Shown one piece after another: positions 19,154 through 27,526 of a stretch of DNA of 64,000 nucleotides. The notes below the pieces were generated by a model. It did no database searches. It was not told the DNA's origin and saw only the letters and a program-made list of their open reading frames with translations. Within the stretch, counting starts at the first letter, position 1; each line of letters begins with the position of its first letter. This stretch comes from Candidatus Jorgensenbacteria bacterium (GTDB lineage Bacteria; Patescibacteriota; Minisyncoccia; UBA6257; GWB1-50-10): positions 9,688-73,687 of the forward strand of contig JAUSHK010000001.1 of assembly GCA_030648515.1 (NCBI GenBank). The letters run 5' to 3'. The translations under genes and the position numbers were made by a program.

Positions 19154-20059
19154 CTATGTTTTCAGATACCGCCGGATTGCGATTGAGCTTGAAAGAATAC
19201 CAACAATAATACAAAACAAGAGCTGGTAGAAGAAAAGCAAAACGTACGAATTGCGGAAATACACGGCAAGATCCAGCTCGGGAATAAAGCTGTGCAGGTA
19301 CGGCGAAAGGAAACCAACAATCGGAATAAGAATTACAAAACTGATGACCGCAGAAATAAATCCGTAAAAGCACCCCTCAACGATATACGGCCCCTGAATA
19401 AACTTATTTGACGCACCCACGAGCCGCATGATGCTCAGCTGTTCGCTGTTTGAAAAAATCGCAAGCCGGATGGTATTAAAACTGACCATGACGGCAAGGA
19501 AAGCGAAAAAGATTGTGAGAAGAATACCGGCGCCTTTCAAGGTATCCACGAGCGCGATGAGCCGTTCAATGACCGTCTGATTTTGCGCATAGGTGATTTT
19601 TTCCGTGTTGTCTTTCAAACTTGGATTTTGGAGATAATCCGCTATTGTGCTGTACTCGTGCGGATCTTTCGCTTTAACATTGAGCGACGCAAGGAGCGGA
19701 TTAGAAGTCAGTTCATCAAGCGCCTGCTTAATTGCGTCATCCGTCGCGTGCTTCGCCTTAAAATCCTCAAGCGCCTGCTCGCGCGAGATATATTCAGCGC
19801 TTTTCACTTCATTAAGCCCCTCGAGCGACCGCTTTATACCCAAGATTGTGTCCTCGGGCGTGTTGCTCTTGAAATAAACACTGATATCTATTTTGTCCTG
19901 GATGGACTGAACGGCGCTTTTCCCGACAACGTTAAAAATAATGAGCCCTTCAAAAACGAGCGCGGCTAAAATCATCACAGAAATCGTGGACGCCGAAAGT
20001 AAGCCATTGCGCCAGATTGCCTGCAAGCCGTATTTGATTATTCGCGAAAGTGTGACCAT
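19154..20059 (-). CDS. ftsX: Cell-division ABC transporter permease FtsX
   Basis: FtsX topology, with a periplasmic loop between TM1 and TM2 and a C-terminal TM bundle. Located directly downstream of ftsE. Confidence 0.85.
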   Translation of the reverse strand: MVTLSRIIKYGLQAIWRNGLLSASTISVMILAALVFEGLIIFNVVGKSAVQSIQDKIDISVYFKSNTPEDTILGIKRSLEGLNEVKSAEYISREQALEDFKAKHATDDAIKQALDELTSNPLLASLNVKAKDPHEYSTIADYLQNPSLKDNTEKITYAQNQTVIERLIALVDTLKGAGILLTIFFAFLAVMVSFNTIRLAIFSNSEQLSIMRLVGASNKFIQGPYIVEGCFYGFISAVISFVILIPIVGFLSPYLHSFIPELDLAVYFRNSYVLLFFYQLLFCIIVGILSSSIAIRRYLKT

Positions 20060-20065
20060 GATTAA

Positions 20066-20105
20066 TTTAGTATCTAGTATTTAGTATAAAGTATCTAGTA
20101 TATAT
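20066..20105. repeat. Heptanucleotide tandem repeat (TAGTATN)x5 in the ftsE-ftsX spacer
   Basis: TTAGTATC TAGTATT TAGTATA AAGTATC TAGTATA TATC. Confidence 0.7.
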
Positions 20106-20154
20106 CTTTTCTGTTTTGCATTCATACGTGATACTTTCTACTTGATACATGCTA

Positions 20155-20841
20155 CTACCCAATGAGAAACCTCCCGTGTTCCTCGTCGCGTACAACCTTT
20201 CCGTCTTCAAGCGTGATGACCCGCTGGCCAAGCGTGTTTACAATTTCCTTGTCGTGCGTGGCAAGAAGCACGGTGCTCCCCAACTCGTTGATTTTCATTA
20301 AAATCTTTATAACCTCCCATGTGTTCAGTGGATCCAGGTTTCCGGTCGGCTCGTCGGCAATAATAAGGTCTGGGCGGTTAATCATCGCGCGGGCAATTGC
20401 AACGCGCTGGCGCTCCCCTCCTGAAAGTTCTGTTGGAAAGTTCTTTGCCTTGTCTGTGAGTCCAACCATCTCAAGAACCTGCGGCACAAATTCGTTTATC
20501 TCGCGTTGCGGTCTGCCGGCAACCTCAAGCGCGAATGAAAGATTTTCAAACACCGTTTTCCGCGTGAGAAGACGAAACTCCTGAAAAATGACGCCGATAT
20601 GCCGCCGGTATTCCGGCATGTCGCTCGGCTTCAACTTATTGACTTCGTACGAACCAAAAAAAATCTGCCCCTTGTCGGGCTTGTCTTCGCCAATTAAAAG
20701 TTTCACCACGGTTGACTTACCCGCTCCCGAACGGCCGACAATAGAAACAAACTCGCCGTGCTGGATTTTGAAGCTGACTTTGTCCAAAGCAACCGTCCCG
20801 TGGTGGTTGTACTCCTTGGTTACGTGTTGAAAGATGATCAT
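20155..20841 (-). CDS. ftsE: Cell-division ABC ATPase FtsE
   Basis: GRSGAGKST, LSGGERQRVAIARA, IIADEPTGNLD. Confidence 0.9.
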   Translation of the reverse strand: MIIFQHVTKEYNHHGTVALDKVSFKIQHGEFVSIVGRSGAGKSTVVKLLIGEDKPDKGQIFFGSYEVNKLKPSDMPEYRRHIGVIFQEFRLLTRKTVFENLSFALEVAGRPQREINEFVPQVLEMVGLTDKAKNFPTELSGGERQRVAIARAMINRPDLIIADEPTGNLDPLNTWEVIKILMKINELGSTVLLATHDKEIVNTLGQRVITLEDGKVVRDEEHGRFLIG

Positions 20842-20978
20842 TTCAAAACAAAACTACTCCTTGTGGGAATATATGGATGTATTATAGCACAAAGAGGAAC
20901 GCCTAACAATAAAAAGGGCCCGCAACAAATTATTGCGGGCAAATGTAATAGGGAAAACTAGTAAAGATATTTCTTATA

Positions 20979-21380
20979 TTACCAGTCGATAGTAAAAACA
21001 AGAAAGTGGGTTCCACCGGAAGTTTCACTGGATACATGCCCACGTTCTGAAGTTACACGAAAACCGAGTTCTTCAAGAATTTTGGCCATTGCCGCAAGAA
21101 ATTCTGTTTCATCTAATTTCTCTTCCTTATGAATCTCTGATATAAAAAGAGTTTTATAACAACCGCCCCAATGATGCCAGTTTTTCCTGTAAAATTCTAT
21201 ATACGCATGGTTGAAACCCCGATTAGAATTTTCCTTTATAATCGGCAAAATCTTCTCTTGAACTATCCTTTCAGCTAAAGGTTTCATTTCCGCAATTCGC
21301 TTAGTTGCTTCTTCTCCTTTTTGTTTTTGTATAGCGGCAGTTATGCTTTTTGCTTTGTCGGCATTAAAAATATCGCTCAT
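20979..21380 (-). CDS. Hypothetical protein
   Basis: ORF only. Confidence 0.4.
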   Translation of the reverse strand: MSDIFNADKAKSITAAIQKQKGEEATKRIAEMKPLAERIVQEKILPIIKENSNRGFNHAYIEFYRKNWHHWGGCYKTLFISEIHKEEKLDETEFLAAMAKILEELGFRVTSERGHVSSETSGGTHFLVFTIDW

Positions 21381-21474
21381 GGCTTCTCCTTTATTTATTT
21401 TTAAAAAGAATCAAAAATTATTCTACTAACAAGAGCGTAGCATTAATTCATAAATTTGTCAAAGTATCGTTTTT

Positions 21475-22194
21475 CTAATTCTTGACGCCTATCAATAAAT
21501 CCAAATCCCCTGCTAAAACCTCCTCAACGCGCGAGATCTTCTTGCCGGTAGCGTGTTCTTTTACCTGCTTATACGGGTGTAAAACATACGAGCGAATTTC
21601 GTGCCCCCATTCCGGCTTGACCTTCACGCGCAAATTCTCGAGCGACTGCTCGTGCTTTTCCTGCATTAAAATAATGAGCCTTGCCTTAAGCAGATTCATC
21701 GCCTTATCGCGATTTGACGCCTGTCCACGCTCAGCTTGCGACGCGGCGACGAGCCCCGTCGGGATATGCACAACACGCACGGCGGTTTCAACTTTATTGA
21801 CATTCTGCCCGCCTGGACCGCCAGCGCGATAAAACTCAACTTTAATATCTTTTTCAGGAATCTGCACACGCGACGCTTCAACCGCCGGCAGTTCCGGCAA
21901 GACCTCAACGAGCGCAAACGACGTGTGGCGCAAACCTTTCGAATCAAACGGCGAGATGCGCACAAGTCGGTGCACGCCATATTCTCCCTTGAGCCGCTCA
22001 TACGCGCCGTCTCCTGAGATTTCAAGCGTAACGTCGTTTATAAGGCGTCTCTTCCACCCGCGCTTGTCCGCATAGCGCAAGTACATGTTTAAAAGCATCT
22101 GCGCCCAATCTTTCGCGTCGTCGCCACCGGCGCCAGCCAAAACTGAGATTATTACAATCTTAGAGCTTATTGTCATGTCTTTATTTAGACCCAC
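21475..22194 (-). CDS. prfB: Peptide chain release factor 2 homolog lacking N-terminal domain 1
   Basis: SPF tripeptide (RISPFDSKGLRHTSFA) and GGQ (AGGPGGQNVNKVETAVR). The protein begins at AGAGGDDAKDW, which corresponds to about residue 128 of E. coli RF2. The 158-nt upstream spacer was translated in all three frames. It has no RF domain-1 coding potential and no CUU-UGA frameshift site. Confidence 0.75.
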   Translation of the reverse strand: MGLNKDMTISSKIVIISVLAGAGGDDAKDWAQMLLNMYLRYADKRGWKRRLINDVTLEISGDGAYERLKGEYGVHRLVRISPFDSKGLRHTSFALVEVLPELPAVEASRVQIPEKDIKVEFYRAGGPGGQNVNKVETAVRVVHIPTGLVAASQAERGQASNRDKAMNLLKARLIILMQEKHEQSLENLRVKVKPEWGHEIRSYVLHPYKQVKEHATGKKISRVEEVLAGDLDLLIGVKN

Positions 22195-22352
22195 TTTACC
22201 CCGTTAGAAATAGAACGCGAACTATCACATTACTACCGCAAAAAAACACCGTACGGCTATTGTATCAGGGTAGATATACAAGTTACAAACAGGCGTTCGT
22301 GATTTCTAATTGGGTCTATCAAAAATCCCGACTAATGAAAACCGCCATTTAT

Positions 22353-23153
22353 TTATTCCTTATCAGTAAATACCACGAGCCGCTCAGAATAACTTTTAGA
22401 AACCTTATTCCAAACTCCTTCGCACGTAATGAGATTAAGGTGCGCTTTCCCATCGCTTGAGCTAAACACATCAGAGGCATCTTCATTTTCACCGTACGTC
22501 CGAAGCTCGCGCACTATAAAAGTGACAGTCGCTCCTTTTTCATCTTCAACATACAATTTGTCTCCCTTACGCAATGTATATAAATAATCAAATACCGCCG
22601 GTATGCCATTTTTCCAGCCGAAGTGCCCGACAATGATAGAGTTCCCCTTTTCCCCGGGACGAGGCCCGAGATCAAGCCAGGCAGCGTTACCGGGGTCTTT
22701 CGGCGCCCCAACTGCCCCCTGAGGCGTAATGCCAACATATTCAAGTTTAGAATCAACGTTAATTTTGGGAATCTTGAGACGAACCGGAAGTCCAGAGTTT
22801 GCTTGTTCGCCTTGCTGGAATCCTGATAAAGCGGTTTGGTTAGATGAACTTACTTGTTCCCCAAAAACAATATTCTTGATGGACTCAATCGCCGCACCGT
22901 TAGTCAGGCCTTGCGAGGTCTGATTGCTGGTAGGTAAAACTGGTTTTGCATAAAAACCTCGAACCGGCAAATTAAGATTTGGGAAAAAAATGACTATCAA
23001 AGAGAATGCGAACACCACGGCGCCTAGAGCAACTAATAATAGCCACAGCGAGGCCTTTAACCGAGCATACTTTCCAAAAGATTTGTAACGCAAAGACCCC
23101 GCTTTAGCAGGGCCTTTCGGCCGAGTATATTTATTTGTCCCGTTCATTAACAC
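22353..23153 (-). CDS. Sortase (transpeptidase)
   Basis: N-terminal TM anchor, catalytic His region (IIVGHFGW) and Cys motif NLITCEG. Adjacent to two LPNTG substrates. Confidence 0.75.
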   Translation of the reverse strand: MLMNGTNKYTRPKGPAKAGSLRYKSFGKYARLKASLWLLLVALGAVVFAFSLIVIFFPNLNLPVRGFYAKPVLPTSNQTSQGLTNGAAIESIKNIVFGEQVSSSNQTALSGFQQGEQANSGLPVRLKIPKINVDSKLEYVGITPQGAVGAPKDPGNAAWLDLGPRPGEKGNSIIVGHFGWKNGIPAVFDYLYTLRKGDKLYVEDEKGATVTFIVRELRTYGENEDASDVFSSSDGKAHLNLITCEGVWNKVSKSYSERLVVFTDKE

Positions 23154-24500
23154 TTAAACTGAATTGCGTGTTTTCTTAAAAACTGCGACAAATAAAACTG
23201 AGACGAGTAAAAGAATAACGGCCAGCACGATAACATCAAGTGGGGTACCTTTTTCAACGGGAGATAATCCTGTATTAGGAAGGCTGGGCGCAGACACAAG
23301 GACGGTGGCGAAAGCATAGCCTATTGCGGTAAAACCATTTGCCTCGCCCTCGGCCGTAGCTACATTTCTGGTTGAAACTGGAACATTTGTTTTGCAGGTA
23401 TATGTCCATATTTCTCCTGGATCAAGCAAATTATTACTATTAGCATCACCGCCTGACACGCGGGAAACCGGACCGCATTTATCGTCAGTAACAGTAACAC
23501 CGCTCATCGCAACCACACCCGGGTTCGTTACGGTGTATGTATATGTAACATTACCTCCCCCAAATGAAAACGGGGTAAGACGACTCGGCACTTTTATAAT
23601 GTTAATAAGCGGAGGCGTTAACGGCTCGCCGACAACAACCGTGGCAATCGCAGTAGCGATTGCGACCTGGCGAAACCCGTCATCGCTGTATCCAGTTGCA
23701 ACTGCTGTGTTTGTAGTTGTCTTTGATAGAGTTTTAGTGCAACTGAATTTCCAAATTTCGCCTGGATCAAGCTTGTTATTACTGTTCAAATCACCAGAAA
23801 GCAGAACTATAGGACTGCACGTATCTCCTTTTATTGAAACATCGGTCAATGCTTGCTTGCCCCCAACATTCCAAACCGTGTAGTTGTACGTAACCGGACC
23901 AAATCCTCCGGGCAAAGCAAGCGGCGTAGGAACTTTAAGTATTCCAATTAATGGGGTCCTAATAACAGAACCGCCTCCGCTACCGCCGCTAATAGGATCT
24001 GATGCTACCTCGGGCAAGGGCGGAACATACGTGTTAGTAATTGTACAAGTTTTATCCTGACCCGCAGAAAGTGTTACGCTACCGCCAGAATTACAGCCTC
24101 CGCTCAAGATTCCTGTATACGAGGTTTTGGCATCTTCGCTTACTATATATGTGCCAGCAGAAAGTGAGTATGAGGTTCCAGGATCATCAGTCCCTGCTTG
24201 CGGACTTCCTGAAACTTCAGCTCCTCCTGAGAGCGTCACATGCAAACTAAAGTTGGCCGGAAGCGCTGTGCCACCGCCAGTATTCACCACCGCCTTAATG
24301 ACATGGAGGGTAGCCAAAGTTGAAGCAATGGTAACGGTAGCTGAAACGCCCGAGCTATTTGACGAAACAACTATGCCGGACCCGGCTACCGCATCGGTAG
24401 TTGCAACAAGCCGCGCCGTTAAAGTGTTCCCGCCGACAACGCCTGATCCGAGATTATATGAATACAAAATATTTAATGTAGAATTGGACGCAATTTGCAC
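23154..24500 (-). CDS. LPNTG-anchored surface protein with two DUF11-like repeat domains; no signal peptide at the annotated start
   Basis: C-terminal LPNTG, hydrophobic segment and KKTRNSV tail. Two ~100-aa repeats (VTY.YTV.N.G...SGD.NSNN.LDPGEIW.Y.C). A stop lies 3 codons upstream of the ATG in frame. Confidence 0.65.
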   Translation of the reverse strand: MQIASNSTLNILYSYNLGSGVVGGNTLTARLVATTDAVAGSGIVVSSNSSGVSATVTIASTLATLHVIKAVVNTGGGTALPANFSLHVTLSGGAEVSGSPQAGTDDPGTSYSLSAGTYIVSEDAKTSYTGILSGGCNSGGSVTLSAGQDKTCTITNTYVPPLPEVASDPISGGSGGGSVIRTPLIGILKVPTPLALPGGFGPVTYNYTVWNVGGKQALTDVSIKGDTCSPIVLLSGDLNSNNKLDPGEIWKFSCTKTLSKTTTNTAVATGYSDDGFRQVAIATAIATVVVGEPLTPPLINIIKVPSRLTPFSFGGGNVTYTYTVTNPGVVAMSGVTVTDDKCGPVSRVSGGDANSNNLLDPGEIWTYTCKTNVPVSTRNVATAEGEANGFTAIGYAFATVLVSAPSLPNTGLSPVEKGTPLDVIVLAVILLLVSVLFVAVFKKTRNSV

Positions 24501-24607
24501 CGGGCTTGAAAGTGTAAATACTGTTTTTACATTATCTCCAGTATATGTTGCTGGTGTTTTCTCTAGCAGAATATCCGCTCCATCTATCGCGCCTAAGGTT
24601 CCGTTAT

Positions 24608-25366
24608 CTATGAGAACTTAGTAGCAGAAACCTGAGTGGTATCATTCTCGGTTCCAGCTGGAGTAATCGCGAACGACACAATGGAATCTGATGTAGCCGC
24701 CGCAGCAATCGATAACTGTTTAACAACAACTCCGGTTTCGCTTGCAATTGCTGTTTTTGCGATAGGATCGCTTGCGCCGTCAGTAATGGAGAGCGACGGA
24801 GCAGTATCGCTCGCGGTAAGAGGATCTGTGTTTAATTTAGGAAAGCTTCCGGTATCAACGGCAACAGTGCCCATTAAAATATCAGTGCCTAATGCCATTG
24901 ATAACCTGAAAATCTGTGCGTTTCCAACACTAAGCCCGTCCGCCGTAATCAAAACTGACGCAGACCCGCCAGCCGGAACAACTACATCAGTAATATCGAA
25001 AGCTTGTTTTGTGTTATCTGATGCAAAAGCAGCAGACGCCCCAAGATTTGTATCGCCCTGGTCAACGAATCCGTTATTATTTACATCCTTATAAAAATGC
25101 AATGTAATAACAGTATCGTTTACATCTCCAACAGGCGTCGGAGTTAGTGAAGTGATTGTATCTTGGGCGTCTCCCGTATTTGTGATGTGCAATCTGTATA
25201 CCGACACTCCTTTAAATGTCGTGTACTGCGTTCCAGGGGTTACGTTGGTATTCGTCGCCGTATTAATCGCTGCCGCGTTCGCAACGGCTGGCGCGACAAA
25301 ACCAAACACAACAAGCACAAAGAAAACTGCCAATATAGTTGTTATTGAATTTTTACTGAACTTCAT
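24608..25366 (-). CDS. Secreted protein (signal peptide, no anchor), possibly the 5' half of a split surface-protein gene
   Basis: Start taken at MKFSKNSITTILAVFFVLVVFGFVAPAVANA. The track ORF extends to 25459, but that would overlap the upstream gene. Confidence 0.5.
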   Translation of the reverse strand: MKFSKNSITTILAVFFVLVVFGFVAPAVANAAAINTATNTNVTPGTQYTTFKGVSVYRLHITNTGDAQDTITSLTPTPVGDVNDTVITLHFYKDVNNNGFVDQGDTNLGASAAFASDNTKQAFDITDVVVPAGGSASVLITADGLSVGNAQIFRLSMALGTDILMGTVAVDTGSFPKLNTDPLTASDTAPSLSITDGASDPIAKTAIASETGVVVKQLSIAAAATSDSIVSFAITPAGTENDTTQVSATKFS

Positions 25367-25380
25367 ATATTTCTTGAGAA

Positions 25381-27003
25381 CTAAATTGCCCACTCCTTTC
25401 GAGCAAGGAAGAACGAGAGCAAGCCAACAAGTACCACTATTGGAGCAACAGTACCCCATGGAATATTGTCGTCAGAACCAATTCCTGTATTTGGCAATTT
25501 CGGCGAGGTTACCACAACAACAGCAGTAGAAGAATCGGAAGTGGTTAAGCTATTGGCGCCTCCGGTTGCCGTAGCTGTGCTTATAGTATTTGTCGTTGGA
25601 TTTGTCTGACAGGTATATGTCCACGTCTCCGAAGCATCGAGCATATTATTATTATTGACGTCGCCAGAATGACCAGTAATCGGGCTGCACTTATTATCGG
25701 AAATACTCACATTGCTTAAGGCGGCTGTGCCGGGATTGGTTACCGTGTACGTATAAGTAACTGCTTTGTTGGACGGAAGAACGAACGCGTTCGGCTTTAC
25801 TACAAGATGAATTAATGGGGGCGGTACTGCTGCCGCACCGACGACAACCGTTGCATTTGCGGTATCAATCGCGGTGAGGCTGTTAGCCTGACCAGTCGCG
25901 GTAACGGTGTTTGTGGTGGTTTGCGTGAGTGTTGTTGCGCAGCGGTATTTCCAAGTTTCACTGATATCAAGCTTCGAATCGCCATTAGTGTCGCCCGAAA
26001 CAAAGCTTATAGTTGGACATTTATCATCGGCGAGCACGACATTACTCATTGCGACTGCTCCGACATTCAAAACCGTATAATCATACGTAACTAATCCGGA
26101 TCCGCCCGGCAATGCCAGCGGAGTTGGAATTTTAGTAACATTGATTAATGGCGGGACAAGTGTTGTGGTAGGAGTTGGAGTTGTAGTCGGGGTTGGTGTG
26201 GGAGTCGGGGTTGGAGTCGGAATAGGAGGAACAACCGAACCAACAGGGACTGAAACTGCGCTTGCATCAAGCGTAACCGCGGTCTGCGCAAGCGCTCTGC
26301 CGTTTAATGTTGCGCCGGTATTTAGCGCAATAGCTGTCTGATCTAATATATTTCCATTGAAAACGGCTGTCGTCCCGATTGTTGTTTGTCCAGCAACCTG
26401 CCAGAAAATATTAGCTGCCTGCGCACCGCCAGTCAGATTAACATGGGCTGCGGAACTCACAGTGAGATTTTGCGCTACCTGGAAAATCCAAACATCACTT
26501 GCGCCGCCTGAAAGAGTAACATCGGTTGGTATGGTAACGTTAGTGCTCCACTTATAAAGCCCTGGCGCAAGCGTCATTCCGCCGATATTTCCTGAACCAA
26601 GCTCAGTCGCGGTCGGGTTTGTTCTTCCCGCGGCATCAGTGTAGGCAGTTTGCATGTCGCTTACGGCCGTGGTCATCGTAGTTGGAGTAGGAACCGCGTA
26701 GTCAGCCGCATATACTCTTCCAGTTACTAACGGCGACGTCGAAAACGCGTTTGAGGTATCTATTATCAATCCAAATCCGGTTATTGCACTTGCGGCAATT
26801 GGACTCACCCCGATGTTTCCGGTAATTAAAGTGGTTCCCGTGGTTGAAATCCCCGACTTTGCAAGAATTACAAAACTACCTGCCGACCCGAGATTTACTG
26901 CCGCCGGACCGGCCGCGAACGCGGCGATTGGCGCGAGCGAACCAAGCGCCAAAGAAACCGACAGTATAGTTACTACCAACGAATTCTTATTGAATTTTTT
27001 CAT
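25381..27003 (-). CDS. LPNTG-anchored surface protein: DUF3494 (ice-binding-like) domain, Pro/Thr linker, two DUF11-like repeats
   Basis: The N-terminal ~250 aa matches the DUF3494 pattern (GSAGSFVILAKSGISTTGTTLITGNIGVSP...GGMTLAPGLYKW...VWIFQV...NIFWQV...NGRALAQTAVTL). A PTPTPTPTPTPTTTPTPTTT linker follows, then two repeats as in 23154-24500, then LPNTG and a TM segment. Confidence 0.7.
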   Translation of the reverse strand: MKKFNKNSLVVTILSVSLALGSLAPIAAFAAGPAAVNLGSAGSFVILAKSGISTTGTTLITGNIGVSPIAASAITGFGLIIDTSNAFSTSPLVTGRVYAADYAVPTPTTMTTAVSDMQTAYTDAAGRTNPTATELGSGNIGGMTLAPGLYKWSTNVTIPTDVTLSGGASDVWIFQVAQNLTVSSAAHVNLTGGAQAANIFWQVAGQTTIGTTAVFNGNILDQTAIALNTGATLNGRALAQTAVTLDASAVSVPVGSVVPPIPTPTPTPTPTPTTTPTPTTTLVPPLINVTKIPTPLALPGGSGLVTYDYTVLNVGAVAMSNVVLADDKCPTISFVSGDTNGDSKLDISETWKYRCATTLTQTTTNTVTATGQANSLTAIDTANATVVVGAAAVPPPLIHLVVKPNAFVLPSNKAVTYTYTVTNPGTAALSNVSISDNKCSPITGHSGDVNNNNMLDASETWTYTCQTNPTTNTISTATATGGANSLTTSDSSTAVVVVTSPKLPNTGIGSDDNIPWGTVAPIVVLVGLLSFFLARKEWAI

Positions 27004-27074
27004 ATATATTTTATTTATTATTTAGTTAATGATTTGAGCGAATTGTTCACCAATTCGAACCGAGACAAAACCGA

Positions 27075-27215
27075 TTATTTTCCCCTGATAATCCGAACAA
27101 GAATCACGATAACGGCTATTAAAAGAAGGATGTGAATAAGCCATCCCATAACGGGGAAAATGATGAACCCGATAAGCCATAGTGCTATGAGCACAAGTCC
27201 GATAGTTAAAAGCAT
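27075..27215 (-). CDS. Lmo0937-family small membrane protein (46 aa)
   Basis: MLLTIGLVLIALWLIGFIIFPVMGWLIHILLLIAVIVILVRIIRGK. Below the ORF-track cutoff. Confidence 0.5.
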   Translation of the reverse strand: MLLTIGLVLIALWLIGFIIFPVMGWLIHILLLIAVIVILVRIIRGK

Positions 27216-27370
27216 GCGTGATTAGTTTTGAATGAGATTATATTTCTAAAGTACAGACGACCTTTTATAATTACTTTCATTATAGCACCTTCCACCCCTA
27301 TTACCTAATGGGGATAACTTTCCTGTAAGTACAAGGGAATTCAAAAAAGACTTAATTTATCTATACTTTT

Positions 27371-27446
27371 TGGAGCCACCTCCCGGATTCGAACCGGGGA
27401 CCTTTGCTTTACGAAAGCACTGCTCTACCAGCTGAGCTAAGGTGGC
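27371..27446 (-). tRNA. tRNA-Thr(CGU), CCA encoded
   Basis: Manual fold GCCACCT/AGGTGGC, D-stem GCTC/GAGC, anticodon loop UUCGUAA, T-arm CCCGG-TTCGAAT-CCGGG. Confidence 0.8.
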
Positions 27447-27449
27447 AAA

Positions 27450-27490
27450 CTACCAGCTGACCTGCCTGCGCAGGCAGGGCTAAGGTGGCG
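27450..27490 (-). repeat. Partial duplicate of the tRNA-Thr(CGU) 5' end (22 nt) split by an 18-bp palindrome
   Basis: Minus strand reads GCCACCTTAGC-[CCTGCCTGCGCAGGCAGG]-TCAGCTGGTAG, 3 nt upstream of the intact tRNA whose first 22 nt are GCCACCTTAGCTCAGCTGGTAG. Confidence 0.7.
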
Positions 27491-27526
27491 GATATCAAAA
27501 ACTCTACCACGAAGGGCAGAGTTTTT

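Noticed and set aside
19041-19373. 110-aa ORF overlapping the ftsX 3' region, and 62720-62992 / 62727-63050 overlapping alternatives
   Set aside because: They overlap better-supported ORFs in another frame. For the 62.7-63.0 kb trio only the most protein-like (62742-63032) was kept, at low confidence.
21475-22352. Possible RF2 programmed +1 frameshift or hidden domain 1 upstream of prfB
   Set aside because: All three minus-strand frames of the 158-nt spacer were translated. They contain stops and junk peptides, no RF domain-1-like sequence and no CUU-UGA shift site.
26141-26341. Apparent short tandem DNA repeat (GGAGTTGGAGTTGTAGTCGGGGTTGG...) that might suggest a CRISPR/VNTR
   Set aside because: It is the coding sequence of a Pro-Thr linker (PTPTPTPTPTPTTTPTPTTT) inside the DUF3494 surface protein. 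No spacers or repeat-spacer architecture are present. No CRISPR array was found anywhere in the window.
27450-27490. tRNA-like fragments (also at 37919-37957) as additional tRNA genes or split tRNAs
   Set aside because: They contain only the first ~20 nt of a tRNA, interrupted by the palindrome, with no anticodon or T arm downstream. They are partial duplicates, not genes.
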